DNA of 64,000 nucleotides from an uncultured Kiritimatiellota bacterium (GTDB lineage Bacteria; Verrucomicrobiota; Kiritimatiellia; RFP12; UBA1067): NCBI GenBank assembly GCA_934667425.1, contig CAKULV010000012.1, positions 767 to 64,766 of the forward strand, read 5' to 3'. Shown piece by piece: positions 61,156 to 64,000 of this stretch (position 1 is its first letter; each line of letters starts with the position of its first letter). The notes under the pieces were generated by a model. It saw only the letters and a program-made list of their open reading frames with translations, ran no database searches and was not told where the DNA came from. The position numbers and the translations under genes were made by a program.

Positions 61156-64000
61156 ATGAACAGGATTGCGTGTGCCGTGGCCGGAGGCATTGCGTTGGCG
61201 GCGAATGTCGCCATTGCCCGTCCAGAGAAATGGGTCTTTGCGAAGAATTCCTTCGCGGAGGATGCGGAGGTCGCCTATGTGTCCAACGTGGTGGCAAGGG
61301 CGAAGGCGTCGGGGATGACGGGGCTGTGCCTGATATCCGGCGCCGGGTACACGTCGTGGAACGCCAGGAAGACCGACCGCGACTTGCCTACGCTCGAATA
61401 CATCGGCAACACCTGTGGACTGGAAAGCTGGGACAAGTGGGATCCCAAGCGCAAGGATCGCTTCAATGCGATTCGCGCCTACTGCGATTCCATTGGCTTC
61501 GACATCGTTCCCTTGCTGTGGAGCCCGGGATACTTCTCCATGCGCTACGAAAACCCAAGCTGGGTCGCGGTGTTTCCGGTAAAGGACGCAGCCTGCGTCG
61601 CGTCTGGCGGGCGCATAGTCTGCGCCGGACGTAAAATGGATGTGAAGATCGACACGAAGGGGGTTTGGAACAACGGGGTGCTGGAGCTTGACATAGACAA
61701 GATCCATGCCTCCGGCTCTCCACGCGCCGCCGGAGGCACCATCCGCTTCAAGGCCAGGCCATACACGCGGTATCGCCTCAGCCTCAAGTTCGCCACCAAG
61801 GGATTCACCGGGACCGGCTACGAGCCAAGCTGGCCCACAATCAGCTTTTACGTCAAGGACGGGATCTGCTCCGGCGGCGTGGGCCGCAGGAAGATGGAGG
61901 CCGATCAGGGATGGGTGGAGCATTCCAAGGAGATAAACTCGCTGCACCACACGGATGTGGCTGTAGACTTCGGCTCCTTCACGGATCGTCCTCGCGGCAA
62001 GCTTTACGTGAAGGACGTCGTCCTTGAGGAATGCGGCATTGACCAGCCGGTGAAAAGGGAAGGGTGCCCGTTCGTCGTCCGCGACGCCGAGACCGGCAAG
62101 GTGTACAGGGAGGGGACCGACTACGCCGGCGTACCGTACATGAAGGCGCTTGCGTGGCCTTCGAAAAGCGAACCGATCGCGTTCGACGTAGTCCCGGGCG
62201 GCGCGATACGCGATGGCGCAAGGCTGCTCGTCTCGGCGTACGAACCTCCTCGCGCCATGGTGCGGCAGTTCTCTGTGTGCCCTTCCGTCCCCGGCCTCGG
62301 AGACTTCATGAAAAAGGCGGCGGACAACGTGTACGCCGCTACGGGATCGCTGAAGTGGCTCCTGTCGCTCGACGAAATCCGCAACGAGTGCCAGTGCGAA
62401 CTGTGCCTGAAGCGCAAGGAGGACATTGCGCACAAGATGGGGGCGCACATCACCGAACTGGTGGATGCGATACTTGACCGCTACCCGGCGGCGGATCTGT
62501 ACGCATGGTGCGACATGCTCAACCCATATGACAACCCGAAGCAGAAGCACTACTACAATTGCCTGACGACATGGCAGGGCATATGGGACCTCATCCCCGG
62601 CCCGGACAGGCTCAAGATGGTCTACTGGGGAGAGAAGCCCAAGCCTGACGAGGTGGATTTCTTCGCGAAACGGGGATATCGCGGCATTGCCGCCGGATAC
62701 TACGACTACGATCCGGAACTTAAGGAACCCGCCAAATGGGTCGAGGCAATGAACGGGCGTCCCGATGCCTTCGATGGCTGGATGTACACGACATGGGAGC
62801 AGAAGCACGACCAGCTCGAGGATTTCGCGAAGATCATGAATGACGGCTGGAAGATGCGCAAGCCGGAGAAATGGGTGTTCTGGAACCGGCATCTCGACAC
62901 GCCGGAACTTTCGGCGGCATTCTCGAACGTGGTGTCGCGTGCGGCGGCGTTGGGGTTCGGCAAGGTGTTCGTAAGCGCAGGCCTTGACTACTATTCGTGC
63001 ATGCCGGATCGGGCAAAGGCCTCGGTCCTCGCTTCGCTCAAGCATGTGCGCGATTGCGGAATGGGCATAACCGTCGATGTATGGTCGCTTGGCTACGGCG
63101 CGATGCTGAACTACGGCCTCGAATTCATAGAGGGCGCACCGGTGAGGGACGTCACTTATGTGGTGGACAAGTCCGGCGAGAAGGCAACGTTTGTGCCTAC
63201 GCCGACAGACAGGCCTCACGTCCCCAACGGAGGATTCGAGCGCTACTCCAAAAAGCGCGGCTTCGCGGACTTCACGTTCATTGATGGAGACCGGGGCGAC
63301 AATGCGTGGATTCGGCAGGATACGTCCGTCAAACGTTCCGGGGATGCATCTCTCGTCTGCGAGATGGGCAAGGGAATGACGCGCATCTCGCAGCGCATCT
63401 CGCCTATACCCAACCGACATTACAGGCTTACGGCCCACGTCAGGTGGGAGGGGTTCGATCCGAAGCGCGCGCCGATCAGGCTGTTTGTCCAGCGGGAACG
63501 CGGCAACGGCAAGACGACCCTTGTGGCAAAGAGCGCACAGGCGGCGGCATCCAGCGATTGGGTGAAGCTCGAGACGGAGTTCAACTCCGTGGAGTTCGGG
63601 GATCTCCGGGCGTGGCTGGGGGTATGGGATTCCGGTCAGACGGGACGCTTCTGGGTGGACGACATGTCGGTAGAGGAGGTTGCGCCGCGTTGCGTTCTCC
63701 ACGCATACGGATCGCCGCGCAGCGTCCAACGGAGATCCGACGGACGTCTCTTCGTGGAGGGACGCGACTATTCGCTTCCGTCGCTCACATGGCCTATATT
63801 CAAGGATGGCGACGGCTCTGTTGAGATTGCCGTTCTGAACCGCAAGCAGATCCGTCCGGGCGACGAGCTTGCCGTCACGTATTACACGCCATCGACATCC
63901 GGCGACGGCAATGACCGCCAAGTCTCGATATGTCCGTCGGATCCGGCGCTATACAAGGTGCTTGCGGCATCTGCGAAGACGATCGACGACCTGATCCGTC
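61156..64000 (+). CDS. 3'-partial large exported protein with two repeated modules and a CBM4/9-like domain; absent from the supplied ORF track
   Basis: I translated it by hand from ATG 61156 and found no stop before the window end. It has a signal peptide (MNRIACAVAGGIALAANVAIA) and protein-like composition. The module PEKWVF...SNVV(A/S)RA occurs twice. NGGFE...RFWVDDMSVEEV resembles the N-domain of ORF 25503. Confidence 0.7.
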   Translation, partial: MNRIACAVAGGIALAANVAIARPEKWVFAKNSFAEDAEVAYVSNVVARAKASGMTGLCLISGAGYTSWNARKTDRDLPTLEYIGNTCGLESWDKWDPKRKDRFNAIRAYCDSIGFDIVPLLWSPGYFSMRYENPSWVAVFPVKDAACVASGGRIVCAGRKMDVKIDTKGVWNNGVLELDIDKIHASGSPRAAGGTIRFKARPYTRYRLSLKFATKGFTGTGYEPSWPTISFYVKDGICSGGVGRRKMEADQGWVEHSKEINSLHHTDVAVDFGSFTDRPRGKLYVKDVVLEECGIDQPVKREGCPFVVRDAETGKVYREGTDYAGVPYMKALAWPSKSEPIAFDVVPGGAIRDGARLLVSAYEPPRAMVRQFSVCPSVPGLGDFMKKAADNVYAATGSLKWLLSLDEIRNECQCELCLKRKEDIAHKMGAHITELVDAILDRYPAADLYAWCDMLNPYDNPKQKHYYNCLTTWQGIWDLIPGPDRLKMVYWGEKPKPDEVDFFAKRGYRGIAAGYYDYDPELKEPAKWVEAMNGRPDAFDGWMYTTWEQKHDQLEDFAKIMNDGWKMRKPEKWVFWNRHLDTPELSAAFSNVVSRAAALGFGKVFVSAGLDYYSCMPDRAKASVLASLKHVRDCGMGITVDVWSLGYGAMLNYGLEFIEGAPVRDVTYVVDKSGEKATFVPTPTDRPHVPNGGFERYSKKRGFADFTFIDGDRGDNAWIRQDTSVKRSGDASLVCEMGKGMTRISQRISPIPNRHYRLTAHVRWEGFDPKRAPIRLFVQRERGNGKTTLVAKSAQAAASSDWVKLETEFNSVEFGDLRAWLGVWDSGQTGRFWVDDMSVEEVAPRCVLHAYGSPRSVQRRSDGRLFVEGRDYSLPSLTWPIFKDGDGSVEIAVLNRKQIRPGDELAVTYYTPSTSGDGNDRQVSICPSDPALYKVLAASAKTIDDLIR

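Noticed and set aside
60961-63921. 986-aa minus-strand ORF, the longest ORF listed for this region
   Set aside because: Its composition is dominated by R/A/H/P/G/V with runs such as RRRHKRC. It is exactly antisense to a plus-strand frame that is open, protein-like and begins with a signal peptide. This is a typical high-GC shadow ORF.
1-64000. CRISPR arrays, retron/DGR-type template-variable repeat pairs, rRNA, tmRNA, RNase P, or riboswitches upstream of the purH-like and purF-like genes
   Set aside because: I found no regularly spaced direct repeats and no reverse transcriptase gene. The leaders of the purine genes are too short (about 25-50 nt) to hold a ZTP, purine or PRPP aptamer. This was an inspection by eye, not a covariance-model search.

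Overview
GC-rich chromosomal segment (over 60% GC by eye, not computed) from a Gram-negative bacterium, shown by the kdsA and lptC/A/B LPS-export genes. The giant LamG, PA14 and autotransporter-type beta-strand-repeat proteins, the many glycoside hydrolases and the Hnd-type [FeFe] hydrogenase suggest a saccharolytic anaerobe of the PVC group (Lentisphaerota, Kiritimatiellota or Verrucomicrobiota-like). That taxonomic guess is inference only. Layout: (1) 1-5430 is an accessory locus. It holds a 5'-truncated large protein ending in an alpha/beta-hydrolase domain, followed by two paralogous secreted partner genes, an orphan hydrolase C-terminal tip and a deletion-fusion remnant, which resembles a polymorphic toxin/immunity cassette array. 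(2) 5.6-21.3 kb is housekeeping: a purH-like IMP cyclohydrolase domain, gyrA, an SDR, menG/ubiE, a GH27 alpha-galactosidase, kdsA-lptC-lptA-lptB-hpf-hprK-ptsH-ptsI-glgA, an ABC ATPase, tRNA-Ser and tRNA-Gly. (3) 21.4-40.5 kb is a carbohydrate-utilisation island with an M24 peptidase, an amidohydrolase, several GH-like proteins, rhaT, a XylR/AraC-type regulator, a GH78-like enzyme, a LamG giant protein and a GH5-like+GH127 fusion. It is interrupted by a small AT-rich DUF3791-DUF3990-DUF3791 module. (4) 40.8-45.4 kb is an hndABCD-type NAD(P)-linked [FeFe] hydrogenase operon. (5) The rest holds a purF-like gene, a DUF2723+TPR membrane protein, mutL, the end of the division cluster (ddl-ftsQ-ftsA-ftsZ, minus strand), then DUF4838, a PA14 repeat protein and a 3'-open gene that is not in the ORF track. 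A TGnTAnAAT extended -10 element recurs in front of many genes, and several of those genes look leaderless. No CRISPR array, transposase or integrase was seen. Many long ORFs in the track are antisense or alternate-frame artefacts of the high GC content.
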